Positions 29,616 through 38,529 of a stretch of DNA of 64,000 bases are shown in pieces (position 1 is the stretch's first letter; each line of letters starts with the position of its first letter). Source of the DNA: a virus (taxonomy: Duplodnaviria > Caudoviricetes). The position numbers and the translations under genes were made by a program. The notes under the pieces are model-generated. The model was not told where the DNA came from. It saw only the letters and a list, made by a program, of their open reading frames with translations, and ran no database searches. The stretch spans positions 160,001 through 224,000 of IMG/VR virus record IMGVR_UViG_2974799246_000001; one strand, given 5' to 3'.

Positions 29616-30269
29616 ATGTCAGATAAAGCAAGCACCAAAGTACAACCTATTACGCTCACCACTTACAACGAGCGTTACGGCCAGAACCCTGTCGCACCTA
29701 TGTACGTTGCTAACCGTACCGATCCTCGCGGCAACGTAATGTTCAGCGCACAGGACGACATGGGACAGCCTGTTCCAGTCCTCGTACCTGCTACCTTCAT
29801 CCCGATCGACCTGACTCAGCAAGCTACCAAAGAGAGCCTGTTGAAATCTACGCACCTGCGCCGCGCACTGCAACGTAACCAGCTGGTCATCATCGACACT
29901 GAAAGCGCTGAAAACTATCTGCGCACCAGTTCTCTGGCTAAAGCGGAAATGCGTAACCTGAACAAAATGGGTAGCGCAATCGCTGCTGACCTGGGCGAAG
30001 AAGGTGGCGAGCTGGCTGCTATCGATCTGGGCGGCGCGGCTAAGCGTAACGTGCAGTTTGAAGGCGGTACCCAGTATTCTGAAAACCAGTTTGTTAACGC
30101 ATTCATCGTTCGTGCTGCCGAAGACAGCGAAGAATCTGACGACAACCTGCAACGTGAATTCCTGTCTCGCGGTATCAACCTGCCGGTTTCTGAGCTGAAC
30201 ATTCTGCGTGAGCACATCACTCGCCCAGCAATCGTTGAGCTGATCATGCAGGCTCTGGAAGACGCGTAA
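29616..30269 (+). CDS. Hypothetical protein sharing the IDLTQQA N-domain with the Ig-repeat protein
   Basis: Direct alignment by eye; GGAG RBS. Confidence 0.65.
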   Translation: MSDKASTKVQPITLTTYNERYGQNPVAPMYVANRTDPRGNVMFSAQDDMGQPVPVLVPATFIPIDLTQQATKESLLKSTHLRRALQRNQLVIIDTESAENYLRTSSLAKAEMRNLNKMGSAIAADLGEEGGELAAIDLGGAAKRNVQFEGGTQYSENQFVNAFIVRAAEDSEESDDNLQREFLSRGINLPVSELNILREHITRPAIVELIMQALEDA

Positions 30270-30285
30270 TTTTAGTGCTACAGAC

Positions 30286-30322
30286 AAAAAAATGGGAGGC
30301 CCCGAAAGGAGTCTCCCATTTT
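30286..30322. terminator. Bidirectional terminator between convergent units
   Basis: AAAAAAATGGGAGGC-CCGAAAGG-AGTCTCCCATTTT. Confidence 0.75.
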
Positions 30323-30505
30323 TGTTACTGCTGCTTTTCCGCTTGCTGTCTTAAACGATCAAGGAATGCCGAACTTTCACCTGGCTTAATGTGTCGCGGT
30401 TCAACTTTGATGCGATTGATCATACGCTGCATACGACGAATGCTTCGGCTACGCAGGTCTTCAATCGAGTGCTGCTTAAACTGCTTTCTGAATTTCAGAG
30501 CCATC

Positions 30506-31564
30506 TTACTTTCCTTTCTGTGTTATCGCTTTAGGTCTATTCCAGCCTAACGCTTTTGCTGGCATGATACACTTCTTACCGTGTATGTCTTTCAGCGTCA
30601 TGCGAACTTCTTTGATCAAGTTCATCGGTGCATTGTCTGGATCGAGCTTAATCAGCTTACCGTCTTCATCATACTCACGCGGTAGCTTGAAATGTTTGAC
30701 AGGCACTGGCGAGTTCTTTTCAAACTCCGCCTTTATTTTATTGCGCAGTAGCTTCCCACCACCATCGTTATCCGTCATCGTGTAGACAACACTCACGCCT
30801 AACATCTCAAGCGTTCTGCGTTTCGTTTCCCCAAACTGTTCGGCGCCGAGTACGGCCAACGCAGGAATCCCATACGACAACAACGCCAGAGCATCACGTG
30901 GACCTTCGACGAGAACAACATAGCGCAACTTGTATTTCTTTAAACACTCTTTGACTAACGGCAGAGGGAACAGGCCTTTCTCTTTCGCCCAATCACCATT
31001 CGAGTTCACATAGCTTGTGCCGTTCATCTGTTTGCGCAGATACGCAGCGATACCACCTATGTATTTCGAACCATGCTTACACGGGAAGAAGCAGACGTTA
31101 CTGCCTGTACGTTGCGCGTTAAGCAGACCACCAGCAGCCTGAACGAGCGCTCCTGGATATCCACGCCATTCAACATCGAGAGGCCATTCCATGTAGCTGT
31201 TACGTCCGAGTGCTTTCATCAATAAACCGACAGAAGCATACGTGCCAATCTTATTGCCTATCTGCTCATACGTTTTGAACAACGCACTTAGGCTGTTTGT
31301 GTTCGCGTCTTTCAGCGCCCAGCCTTTGATCTCTTGCAGCTTCGCGTGTGCTGCTAACTTGTTCCAGCCACCCTTCTCACCGCAACCGAAGCAGTGAAAG
31401 AATCCTAAAGGAATCTCCATCCCAACAGAAGTGTAAATACCACAACTAGGCGTCTTATCACTATGAAACGGACAGCACACCATAACAGTGTCACCGTTAT
31501 ATTTCTTGTCGCCTGGCAATTTGCCAATCTCGTCAAGTATTATCTGATGAACGTCTTCTGCCAT
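30506..31564 (-). CDS. dnaG: DNA primase (CHC2 zinc finger + TOPRIM)
   Basis: CPFHSDKTPS...FHCFGC, VLVEGPRDAL and TDNDGGG. Confidence 0.9.
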   Translation of the reverse strand: MAEDVHQIILDEIGKLPGDKKYNGDTVMVCCPFHSDKTPSCGIYTSVGMEIPLGFFHCFGCGEKGGWNKLAAHAKLQEIKGWALKDANTNSLSALFKTYEQIGNKIGTYASVGLLMKALGRNSYMEWPLDVEWRGYPGALVQAAGGLLNAQRTGSNVCFFPCKHGSKYIGGIAAYLRKQMNGTSYVNSNGDWAKEKGLFPLPLVKECLKKYKLRYVVLVEGPRDALALLSYGIPALAVLGAEQFGETKRRTLEMLGVSVVYTMTDNDGGGKLLRNKIKAEFEKNSPVPVKHFKLPREYDEDGKLIKLDPDNAPMNLIKEVRMTLKDIHGKKCIMPAKALGWNRPKAITQKGK

Positions 31565-31628
31565 ACCATCCTCTATTCGTATCGTAATTTCAGCATATAC
31601 GCATATTTACAGATTAAGGACAGCCAGA

Positions 31629-31964
31629 ATGGGTAATCCACATCGCTATGTGCATACGGCACAGCGCCGCTTCTATGGCAAACACTGGGTTAGCTTTTGT
31701 GATCTGATTCGTGTTGAACCGCAAAAGTACGGCGCATTCAATAGTCAGGATGATATGATCGGGCTGACGCTGCCGAAAGATTTTGATGTGGCTGAGGCAA
31801 CAAAGAGCCTACGCCAGATTTATGTGACGACTGACGAGAACGTAGAAGTACGCTGCTACCTGTTTGGTACTCGCTACTATAAGTTCGTATTCTTCGAGCA
31901 AACAATTGCCGTGAGCGAGGACTCTGATGAGAACGTTAGCAAATATACCCGCCCGAGTGAATGA
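31629..31964 (+). CDS. Hypothetical protein
   Basis: AAGGA RBS. Confidence 0.6.
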   Translation: MGNPHRYVHTAQRRFYGKHWVSFCDLIRVEPQKYGAFNSQDDMIGLTLPKDFDVAEATKSLRQIYVTTDENVEVRCYLFGTRYYKFVFFEQTIAVSEDSDENVSKYTRPSE

Positions 31965-33012
31965 TACTCGCGGCCTGTCTCGCATCGGAAAAATGATTGA
32001 TGCGGCTCTTGACGTAAAGAACCAAGAGAAGCGTTGGCCGAAGAAGCGCGTCAGTCCGTCTATGTTTCCTATCTGCCCGATTCAAGAAACAGCGAAACTG
32101 ATTTACCAGAAGCACAATAACTGCATGACCGGAGAGTCTGGTACGTTGCTGAACATCTTTGCGAAAGCAGGGACAGGGATGCACGAATCATTGCAGAATG
32201 CTCTGGGGCACAGTGGCCAGATGGTTGGTCACTGGAAATGTACGAATGAAAAATGCGTCGAGTACCCGAAAACCAAAGGCAAGACAGTCGATGGTGAGTA
32301 CGTCAAAGGCAAATACACGCGAACTCGAAGCACGAACAATCGTTGTCCGTCGTGCGATCAGCCTATGGCTTATGCAGAACTCAAAGTCCTGTACAAGTCA
32401 CTCAAGGGTTACGTCGATGGACTGATTGATAATCTGGACGGCACGTACAGCCTGATAGATTTGAAATCTACTATGGTGACCAAAGCTGCTGACGGAACCT
32501 TCTTCGTTAAGTATCACCGCTTCCAGATTGCGACCTACGCATACCTGCTGAAAAAGCGTTACGGCTATAACATCGTGGACTATACCCTCGTTTACGTGCC
32601 ACGCGACAACCCGAAGAAGTTTGTCGAGAAGACCTTTGTGTTTGACGAGGCAGAGTCGAAACGCGCCAAAGACTTTATGATGGAACAAATACGCGCATGG
32701 GATGCTGCGGTAAAATCGGCTCGCACTGGCGACCTGCTGCCTGCTATTAAACGGAAGCCGTGCAAAAGCGCCGAGTATTATTGGGACGAGTTCCATGGAT
32801 ATGATACATGCCCTTTTGTTGACTATTGCTTTATTCAATCACACATGATTGACTTCATGAAGAAGTTAGAGCAGCGAATCATGGCCAACCCCGATCTTAC
32901 TTATATGGAAATCGTAAGCACAGGTCGGAAAACTCAACAACAAGGTCTGCTGCCGGACAAGAAGCCGAAGTCTCAACGTCCGAAGCATATCGTAAAAACA
33001 TTTGAGCTATGA
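31927..33012 (+). CDS. Cas4/AddB-like PD-(D/E)XK exonuclease
   Basis: GYVDG..LIDLKS, QIATY, N-terminal CP plus C-terminal C..CPF..YC; extra Cys insert. Confidence 0.8.
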   Translation: MRTLANIPARVNDTRGLSRIGKMIDAALDVKNQEKRWPKKRVSPSMFPICPIQETAKLIYQKHNNCMTGESGTLLNIFAKAGTGMHESLQNALGHSGQMVGHWKCTNEKCVEYPKTKGKTVDGEYVKGKYTRTRSTNNRCPSCDQPMAYAELKVLYKSLKGYVDGLIDNLDGTYSLIDLKSTMVTKAADGTFFVKYHRFQIATYAYLLKKRYGYNIVDYTLVYVPRDNPKKFVEKTFVFDEAESKRAKDFMMEQIRAWDAAVKSARTGDLLPAIKRKPCKSAEYYWDEFHGYDTCPFVDYCFIQSHMIDFMKKLEQRIMANPDLTYMEIVSTGRKTQQQGLLPDKKPKSQRPKHIVKTFEL

Positions 33013-33419
33013 GCATACAAAAAGATTATGAACGTTCAATGCGCCGACTTAAGGAGTCTGTCTATCGCAAAGAAAAACTCGGTTACGTTGCGCCGAGATG
33101 CGTTGATGTTGTTCTCTCAAAAGTGAGACCGCCTGAACAGGTAGCGTCGAGGAAGTATCTGGTCATGCTGATGTTATTCAGTCAGACCTGCGAACAACTC
33201 GGTGCTACCTTGACGATGCGTGAACAACTCGTGGTCAAGATGGCTATCCTTAGTCGGAAGCACCCAACGCCAGACATTCAGCGCAAAATTCGCAGACTGG
33301 ATGAACTGGTAATAAGTCAGGACAAAAACATTGAGGGTCAGCTTTTGTTGCTTGAGTATCGAGCGCAGATTCTGATTGATATCCTCGACGGTAAAGAACC
33401 CAACTCCAGATATACTTGA
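33009..33419 (+). CDS. Hypothetical protein
   Basis: ATGA overlap. Confidence 0.6.
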   Translation: MSIQKDYERSMRRLKESVYRKEKLGYVAPRCVDVVLSKVRPPEQVASRKYLVMLMLFSQTCEQLGATLTMREQLVVKMAILSRKHPTPDIQRKIRRLDELVISQDKNIEGQLLLLEYRAQILIDILDGKEPNSRYT

Positions 33420-33426
33420 GGTACTC

Positions 33427-33906
33427 ATGGAAATTTATGTAAGCCTGAGTCAGGATAGCACGGACAAGAACCGTAGCAAAGTCACAAGCCCAGAATCCAC
33501 CACTGGTCGTGTTGACGTGTCCGAATATGCTTCGCTTGAAAAGAAGCTGCGCCTGACAGAAGAGGCGAAAGACAAAGAGAAGTTAGCTCAAAAGGCTGGT
33601 GGCGGTGATTCTGTAAAGGGTAAGAAAGGCGCTAAAAAAGATAGCGCAAAGCCCAAGGATGACGACACTGATACGGACGAAGACCCTACATTAGATGATG
33701 AAGGTGACGCAGATGATTCAGATGACGCTTCCGATACAGATGGAGACGACTCCGATGGAGACTCTAAAGGTAAGAAGTCACGAAAGAAATCTGACGACTC
33801 TGGAGCAGAGGACGATGCGGACGCAGAAGACCCTGACGCAGACGAATCCGAAGGTGATGACGGGGATGCAGATGCTGAAAGCACTGATGACGAGGACCTC
33901 GAATAG
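33427..33906 (+). CDS. Highly acidic disordered protein with SLS leader (MEIYVSLS)
   Basis: GAGG RBS before ATG 33427; Asp-rich tail. Confidence 0.65.
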   Translation: MEIYVSLSQDSTDKNRSKVTSPESTTGRVDVSEYASLEKKLRLTEEAKDKEKLAQKAGGGDSVKGKKGAKKDSAKPKDDDTDTDEDPTLDDEGDADDSDDASDTDGDDSDGDSKGKKSRKKSDDSGAEDDADAEDPDADESEGDDGDADAESTDDEDLE

Positions 33907-34402
33907 CGATCCCGTCGATGTGCCGAAGACGCATGATGCAATGATCGAAGTGCTGATTGCTATTCGGTACATGTGCACCAAGCGCATGATCTTTCCTGTC
34001 GTGGTTGCTAACATTGAACGGCGTAATGATTATCTGGTGATGAACAAACTCACCTTTAGCATGAAGCCTGGTAAATTCCTGACTGCTATTCAGGATAGCA
34101 ACTGTCCTGTAAACGTGTGCTGGCTTATGCGAGCCTTCACACGCACAGCGCTGCATTTCGGTCTGATGCCTGTGATTGCAGACAGAAGTGGTGACTTTCA
34201 ACCTTTAGTTAGTCGCTACTTCACGCAGGACGATCCAGATTTTGCTTACCGTCGTCATTACGACATTCGTTACATGAGCCAGCTCACTGATATTCGTAAG
34301 CCGCGCCTGTATCTGCTTAATGGAGTTAATTATGGCGTACAAGTCACTCGCCAAGAAACCGAAGAAGTCGAAAGCCGCCAAAGAGGCAGAGACTCGGAAT
34401 AA
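33887..34402 (+). CDS. Hypothetical protein
   Basis: 3' part of ORF 33695-34402; start uncertain. Confidence 0.5.
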   Translation: MTRTSNSDPVDVPKTHDAMIEVLIAIRYMCTKRMIFPVVVANIERRNDYLVMNKLTFSMKPGKFLTAIQDSNCPVNVCWLMRAFTRTALHFGLMPVIADRSGDFQPLVSRYFTQDDPDFAYRRHYDIRYMSQLTDIRKPRLYLLNGVNYGVQVTRQETEEVESRQRGRDSE

Positions 34403-34988
34403 GGCACACAAGCAAGCGCGTCGTGGTAAACTTGCTCAGGCAGTGAAAACAATCAGCACTGCCCTCAAGAAATCTCGACGCATGACGAAAGGTGAGAAAC
34501 GTGCAATTCAGTTGCAGCCGTTCAAACCTCAAGTCGTACCGCAGCCGCCTAAAACTCCGCTCATGGAGAAAGGTCTTTCGTTGAACGCGCTGATTAAGTC
34601 TACGCCGCGTCTGATGAAAGAGAACGCTATGGAATGTTATGTCAATGGCGTGAAGCGCGGCAAGACGAACAAAGGCCTGCCGATGATTATGGCAAACGTT
34701 CGTCACAAAGATCCACTGCGTCCTAATAAAACAGTGCGCATTCACAAGCCGATGATTATCGGTCTGGATGATCCGTACAAGCCTATTTCAAAACAAAAGC
34801 GTGTGCTGGTCAGTTGTCCCTGCGAGAACTTCGTGTTCATGTGGGAGTATGCGAACACCGAACATGGTTGTGCGCGAATTATTTACGGTAACGGCGAGCC
34901 ACCAGACTTCACTAACCCTGGTCATGCACCTGGTCTGTGTAAGCACCTGATGGCCTTAGCTGATCAAGTCAAACGAAACGGAGATTAA
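34332..34988 (+). CDS. Basic protein with SWIM-type zinc finger
   Basis: VSCPCENF...NP...GLCKHL. Confidence 0.65.
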   Translation: MAYKSLAKKPKKSKAAKEAETRNKAHKQARRGKLAQAVKTISTALKKSRRMTKGEKRAIQLQPFKPQVVPQPPKTPLMEKGLSLNALIKSTPRLMKENAMECYVNGVKRGKTNKGLPMIMANVRHKDPLRPNKTVRIHKPMIIGLDDPYKPISKQKRVLVSCPCENFVFMWEYANTEHGCARIIYGNGEPPDFTNPGHAPGLCKHLMALADQVKRNGD

Positions 34989-34993
34989 TCCGA

Positions 34994-35275
34994 ATGTTCT
35001 TTAACAATCCAGCACCAGGCGTTATCCCTAACTATCCGATTGTGCATTCAATCAATGAGATGCACCGTCGTGTAGCTGAACTCAATGGCGAACTGATCGC
35101 TGCTGGCTGCACTGTCGTAGAGTCGTGCGGCGAGATGCTGATCGAGGTCCCTAAGGGCGCATCTGCGAAAGTTGACGATATCATCCAACGTCATCAGGAT
35201 ATGTTCAAAGGTCCTGTCCTCAGCTGCCCTGGTCGCTTGCAGATTGGAGGCGAAGATGCAGAAGCAGAAGTTTAA
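34994..35275 (+). CDS. Hypothetical protein
   Basis: GGAG RBS; operonic. Confidence 0.55.
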   Translation: MFFNNPAPGVIPNYPIVHSINEMHRRVAELNGELIAAGCTVVESCGEMLIEVPKGASAKVDDIIQRHQDMFKGPVLSCPGRLQIGGEDAEAEV

Positions 35276-35687
35276 CCCAGCGATCAATAGCGTGTCGCTT
35301 CACTACGGACCGCTCATCGTTCACGGCCATGCGCAAGATAGCGCATTGAATAACGTTGTGCACCGCACGTTGCTGAACGAACTCAATCGCACCTGCGAAG
35401 ATATGTTCAACAAGATGGCATGTGTCCCTGCCGCCGCTCCGACTTTTGAGTGTGAAGTCACTGACGGTAACACCATTCTCCAATCGCTCAAACAGTGGCA
35501 GGCAGTCATCGAAGGGCAGGCGCCTGCGAAAGAGTTTGAACCGTGCTCTATTCCAGACTGGATGCGTCCGAGTCTTTTGGCTAAGGGCATGACTGACGCG
35601 GAGATCGATAGCATCCTTATCACTGGCATCGAACCTTCGTGGGATGAAACGCCAGGCGTTGTCTTCCGTACGGTGACCATTCCTTAA
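35256..35687 (+). CDS. Hypothetical protein
   Basis: GGAGG RBS before MQKQKF. Confidence 0.55.
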   Translation: MQKQKFNPAINSVSLHYGPLIVHGHAQDSALNNVVHRTLLNELNRTCEDMFNKMACVPAAAPTFECEVTDGNTILQSLKQWQAVIEGQAPAKEFEPCSIPDWMRPSLLAKGMTDAEIDSILITGIEPSWDETPGVVFRTVTIP

Positions 35688-35902
35688 TGGCCTGTTCGGG
35701 TTGTGGCCGTCGTAGCTCTCGCATTAGCTACAACGGCAGTTCTGCTCCTCAGACAGTAATCGAAGAGGACGATACGTTAAGCGCTGCGCGTTTAACACCG
35801 CACGGCTGGGTACGCACATGCGTTAAGTGTGGTGCAGTTTCCGAGCCTTCACCCTTTGCAGAAAACATTGAAAAACCTTGTGACTGCAAAACAGACGAGT
35901 GA
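35687..35902 (+). CDS. Small Cys-rich protein
   Basis: CSGC, CVKC and CDC; TAATG coupling. Confidence 0.55.
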   Translation: MACSGCGRRSSRISYNGSSAPQTVIEEDDTLSAARLTPHGWVRTCVKCGAVSEPSPFAENIEKPCDCKTDE

Positions 35903-37125
35903 TCAAGATGAGCAATCTCGTTGGTACTGCTGTAGCTTTGGACCATTGTCGCTTCTACGTGGAGAACATGGTCAATATTCAATTCGGTAACGTTCTCGCT
36001 CCTATTCCACCAGAAGCTCCAGACAATAAGCCGATCAATGATCGTGTGCTGCACGGTATGATCAAACATACCGAACTCATGTTCGACAACTTCATTAGTC
36101 GTACTGATCTGCAATTCCCATACGCACCGATTCTGTATCGCTTCCGTTCTATCTACGGTGTGTACGTGGGTCAGTACGTCGATGACGTGCAGCCTGTTCG
36201 CGGCATTCGTCCTGTGCTGAAAGAACACCCGCGTAATCCTGTGCCTGTCAAAGCAAGCGGTGAGCATGATAAAGAGTTCGCCTCGCGCTTCCTCAAGCAT
36301 ACATCTGACCAGGTGCGTTCGTTCTTGTACATGGTGTGTCTTGATCAGTATGCGCGTGAGCAAACAGACCTCTGGTTGCCTGCGCCTCCGTTCGATTTCG
36401 ATCAACCGACGAACATTCATAACGAAAGTCCGATCGCCTTTACTACCACACATGACGTTTTAATCAATCACTTGATGGAAGCGATGTTGCAGACGTATAG
36501 CGATACGCTGGACATTCATGTGTCGCTGCGTGACTACGGACTGACTGTGTTGTTCCCGCTGGTGGCTGAATGCCGCAACGTGATTTATGCCGCTTGGCCG
36601 ATTACGCGCGAATCGTTCCGTCAGCCAAAGTTCCTGGACAAAGGCGAGCACGTATCGTTTGAAGATCTGCCTGTCGATGACGACAAAGAAGTGTGGGAAC
36701 CAATCCCGCCAATGGGTCCTACATTCGAAAATCAGGCAGAGTGGGAAAAGGCTGTGACTGAAATTGCAGAGTCGTTCAAGCTGCAAGCATTCACTGATGA
36801 CGGTGATTCATCGTTTATCCTCGAGCCTGCTCTGTATGCTAGTGGTGATGACTTCCTGTTCTGGAACGAAGGTCCATTGACTGACAAGTCCATTTTCGAT
36901 ATCGCGGTCGTTCCTGTTATCGGTCAGGCGTACACTGATCTCGAAGTGCTGCTGCGTAGCGTCGGCAAAACCATTCGTGAATACGCAGTAGCTCGTGATT
37001 GCCACATCGTTGCGCGTTACATCGAGCAGGAAGATCAAATCATCGGTGCGTTGTTCCGCGTTCGCCGCAACATCGACTTCCCTAATTCGCCTCAAGAAGT
37101 AATGACTCACGTGGGGTTAGCATGA
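35899..37125 (+). CDS. Hypothetical protein; C-domain paralogous to the next gene
   Basis: DCHI...Y....IGAL.RV.RN.DFP shared. Confidence 0.65.
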   Translation: MIKMSNLVGTAVALDHCRFYVENMVNIQFGNVLAPIPPEAPDNKPINDRVLHGMIKHTELMFDNFISRTDLQFPYAPILYRFRSIYGVYVGQYVDDVQPVRGIRPVLKEHPRNPVPVKASGEHDKEFASRFLKHTSDQVRSFLYMVCLDQYAREQTDLWLPAPPFDFDQPTNIHNESPIAFTTTHDVLINHLMEAMLQTYSDTLDIHVSLRDYGLTVLFPLVAECRNVIYAAWPITRESFRQPKFLDKGEHVSFEDLPVDDDKEVWEPIPPMGPTFENQAEWEKAVTEIAESFKLQAFTDDGDSSFILEPALYASGDDFLFWNEGPLTDKSIFDIAVVPVIGQAYTDLEVLLRSVGKTIREYAVARDCHIVARYIEQEDQIIGALFRVRRNIDFPNSPQEVMTHVGLA

Positions 37126-37655
37126 CAGATCAAGTAATCACATTCGAAGACCAGCAAAGCTGGGAAGACTTCGGCGAAGCTGTTCACAATGAGTTTTTGC
37201 TGAACACGATGACAGGTAGCAGTAGCGCCAGTCAGATTCCTAGCGTCGGTCCTAACGAAGGCGTGAAACATGCGCTGACCTATGCCAACATTCTTCGTGG
37301 CGAGCAGTCGCCTATCGTTGTGCTCGATCTGCTGATCGAAGAAGTTGCTTTGGCTGAGGGCGAGACTAGTCCTTTCGATGCGGATGGTCTTGAGCAGGCC
37401 GTGCGTAAAGTAGTGGCGTTGTATCAAGCGCGAGCGCGTGACCTCGACTGTCATATCACTGGTCAGTACCTGACAGATGATAACAAGGTCATCGGCGCAT
37501 TGCTGCGTGTGTATCGCAATCAGGACTTCCCTTGTACTGGGCATCCTGAAATGCTGCATGGTAAACCAATCGGTATGTTCCACTGCGATAAGTGTCATGA
37601 GATGCAAGTCGCTGGTACGTTCCATCTTCCCAAAGAGGAAACTCAAAATGGTTAA
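37122..37655 (+). CDS. Hypothetical protein with C-terminal Cys/His ribbon
   Basis: Paralog of the upstream C-domain; CDKC. Confidence 0.65.
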   Translation: MTDQVITFEDQQSWEDFGEAVHNEFLLNTMTGSSSASQIPSVGPNEGVKHALTYANILRGEQSPIVVLDLLIEEVALAEGETSPFDADGLEQAVRKVVALYQARARDLDCHITGQYLTDDNKVIGALLRVYRNQDFPCTGHPEMLHGKPIGMFHCDKCHEMQVAGTFHLPKEETQNG

Positions 37656-38115
37656 AGGTGGGTTGTGGCGTGTCTTCCCTGATTATGACTCGGAAGCATT
37701 GCTGATGAAGCTCGGCGCCGCTATCGGTATTGAGCACGACGAAGACGATGTGCCTGGCGAATTGCACGTTACTCTGGCTTACGACGAATCGAACCCTGAC
37801 GTCAAAGCCGAGCAGAACGATGCGGGCGAGTTCTTCGCTACCGTCAAATGTGCTGAGTTGTTTGGCGAAGGTCAAGATAAGATTCTGGTACTCGTACTTG
37901 AATCACCTGACCTGTGTGCAGAACATGATCGCATCCACGCATGTGGTGCAGCCCAGTTCGCATTCAAGCCATACCGCCCTCACGTCACGCTGTTGAAGTC
38001 TGCCAAAGACAGCCAAGCTGAACATCTCAATCAGATCATTCAGCACCCAGGCCGTCCTCCAATCACTCTGCGTTTCATTGAAGAAGATCGCAAGGTGCTG
38101 GAGAAGCGTAACTAA
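37648..38115 (+). CDS. 2H phosphoesterase (T4 57B/Acb1-like or LigT-like)
   Basis: Two HxT motifs: LHVTLAY and PHVTL. Confidence 0.8.
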   Translation: MVKGGLWRVFPDYDSEALLMKLGAAIGIEHDEDDVPGELHVTLAYDESNPDVKAEQNDAGEFFATVKCAELFGEGQDKILVLVLESPDLCAEHDRIHACGAAQFAFKPYRPHVTLLKSAKDSQAEHLNQIIQHPGRPPITLRFIEEDRKVLEKRN

Positions 38116-38166
38116 ATCCTAGCGGTGGCCATGTGCTGCCGCTTTTGTCGTTCTGGAGATATTTCT

Positions 38167-38496
38167 ATGGAAATGATGGTAAGTCTTAGCCACGAAATTC
38201 GCGTGGAGAAACAGGACAACACTGCAAATGAAGCGCAGACTCAAGGTCCTACTGACGCGCAGCAACGCGCTCTTGATCTTGAAGACCAGCGCCGCATTGC
38301 GGAAGAATACGGTATCGACGCTACTAAGGAAGAGATTGAAGAAAAGGAGAAGGAGCGCATAGGGCGTGAGAAAGAAAAAGAGGAGGATAATCGAGTTAGA
38401 CCTCCAGCAGACCTTGGGAAGCGCAAGCCTATCGAAGATAAAGACGTTACCGCTACAGATATCCAAAATGAGCACGATAACCTGACGAAGATCTAG
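38167..38496 (+). CDS. Charged protein with SLS leader (MEMMVSLS)
   Basis: GGAG RBS before ATG 38167. Confidence 0.6.
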   Translation: MEMMVSLSHEIRVEKQDNTANEAQTQGPTDAQQRALDLEDQRRIAEEYGIDATKEEIEEKEKERIGREKEKEEDNRVRPPADLGKRKPIEDKDVTATDIQNEHDNLTKI

Positions 38497-38529
38497 GAAT
38501 CTGTAAATAAGAGTCAAAGCAACTAACAG

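Noticed and set aside
33695-33886. Met/Thr-rich N-terminal extension of ORF 33695-34402
   Set aside because: It is an off-frame reading of the Asp-rich GAT/GAC tail of the 33427 gene
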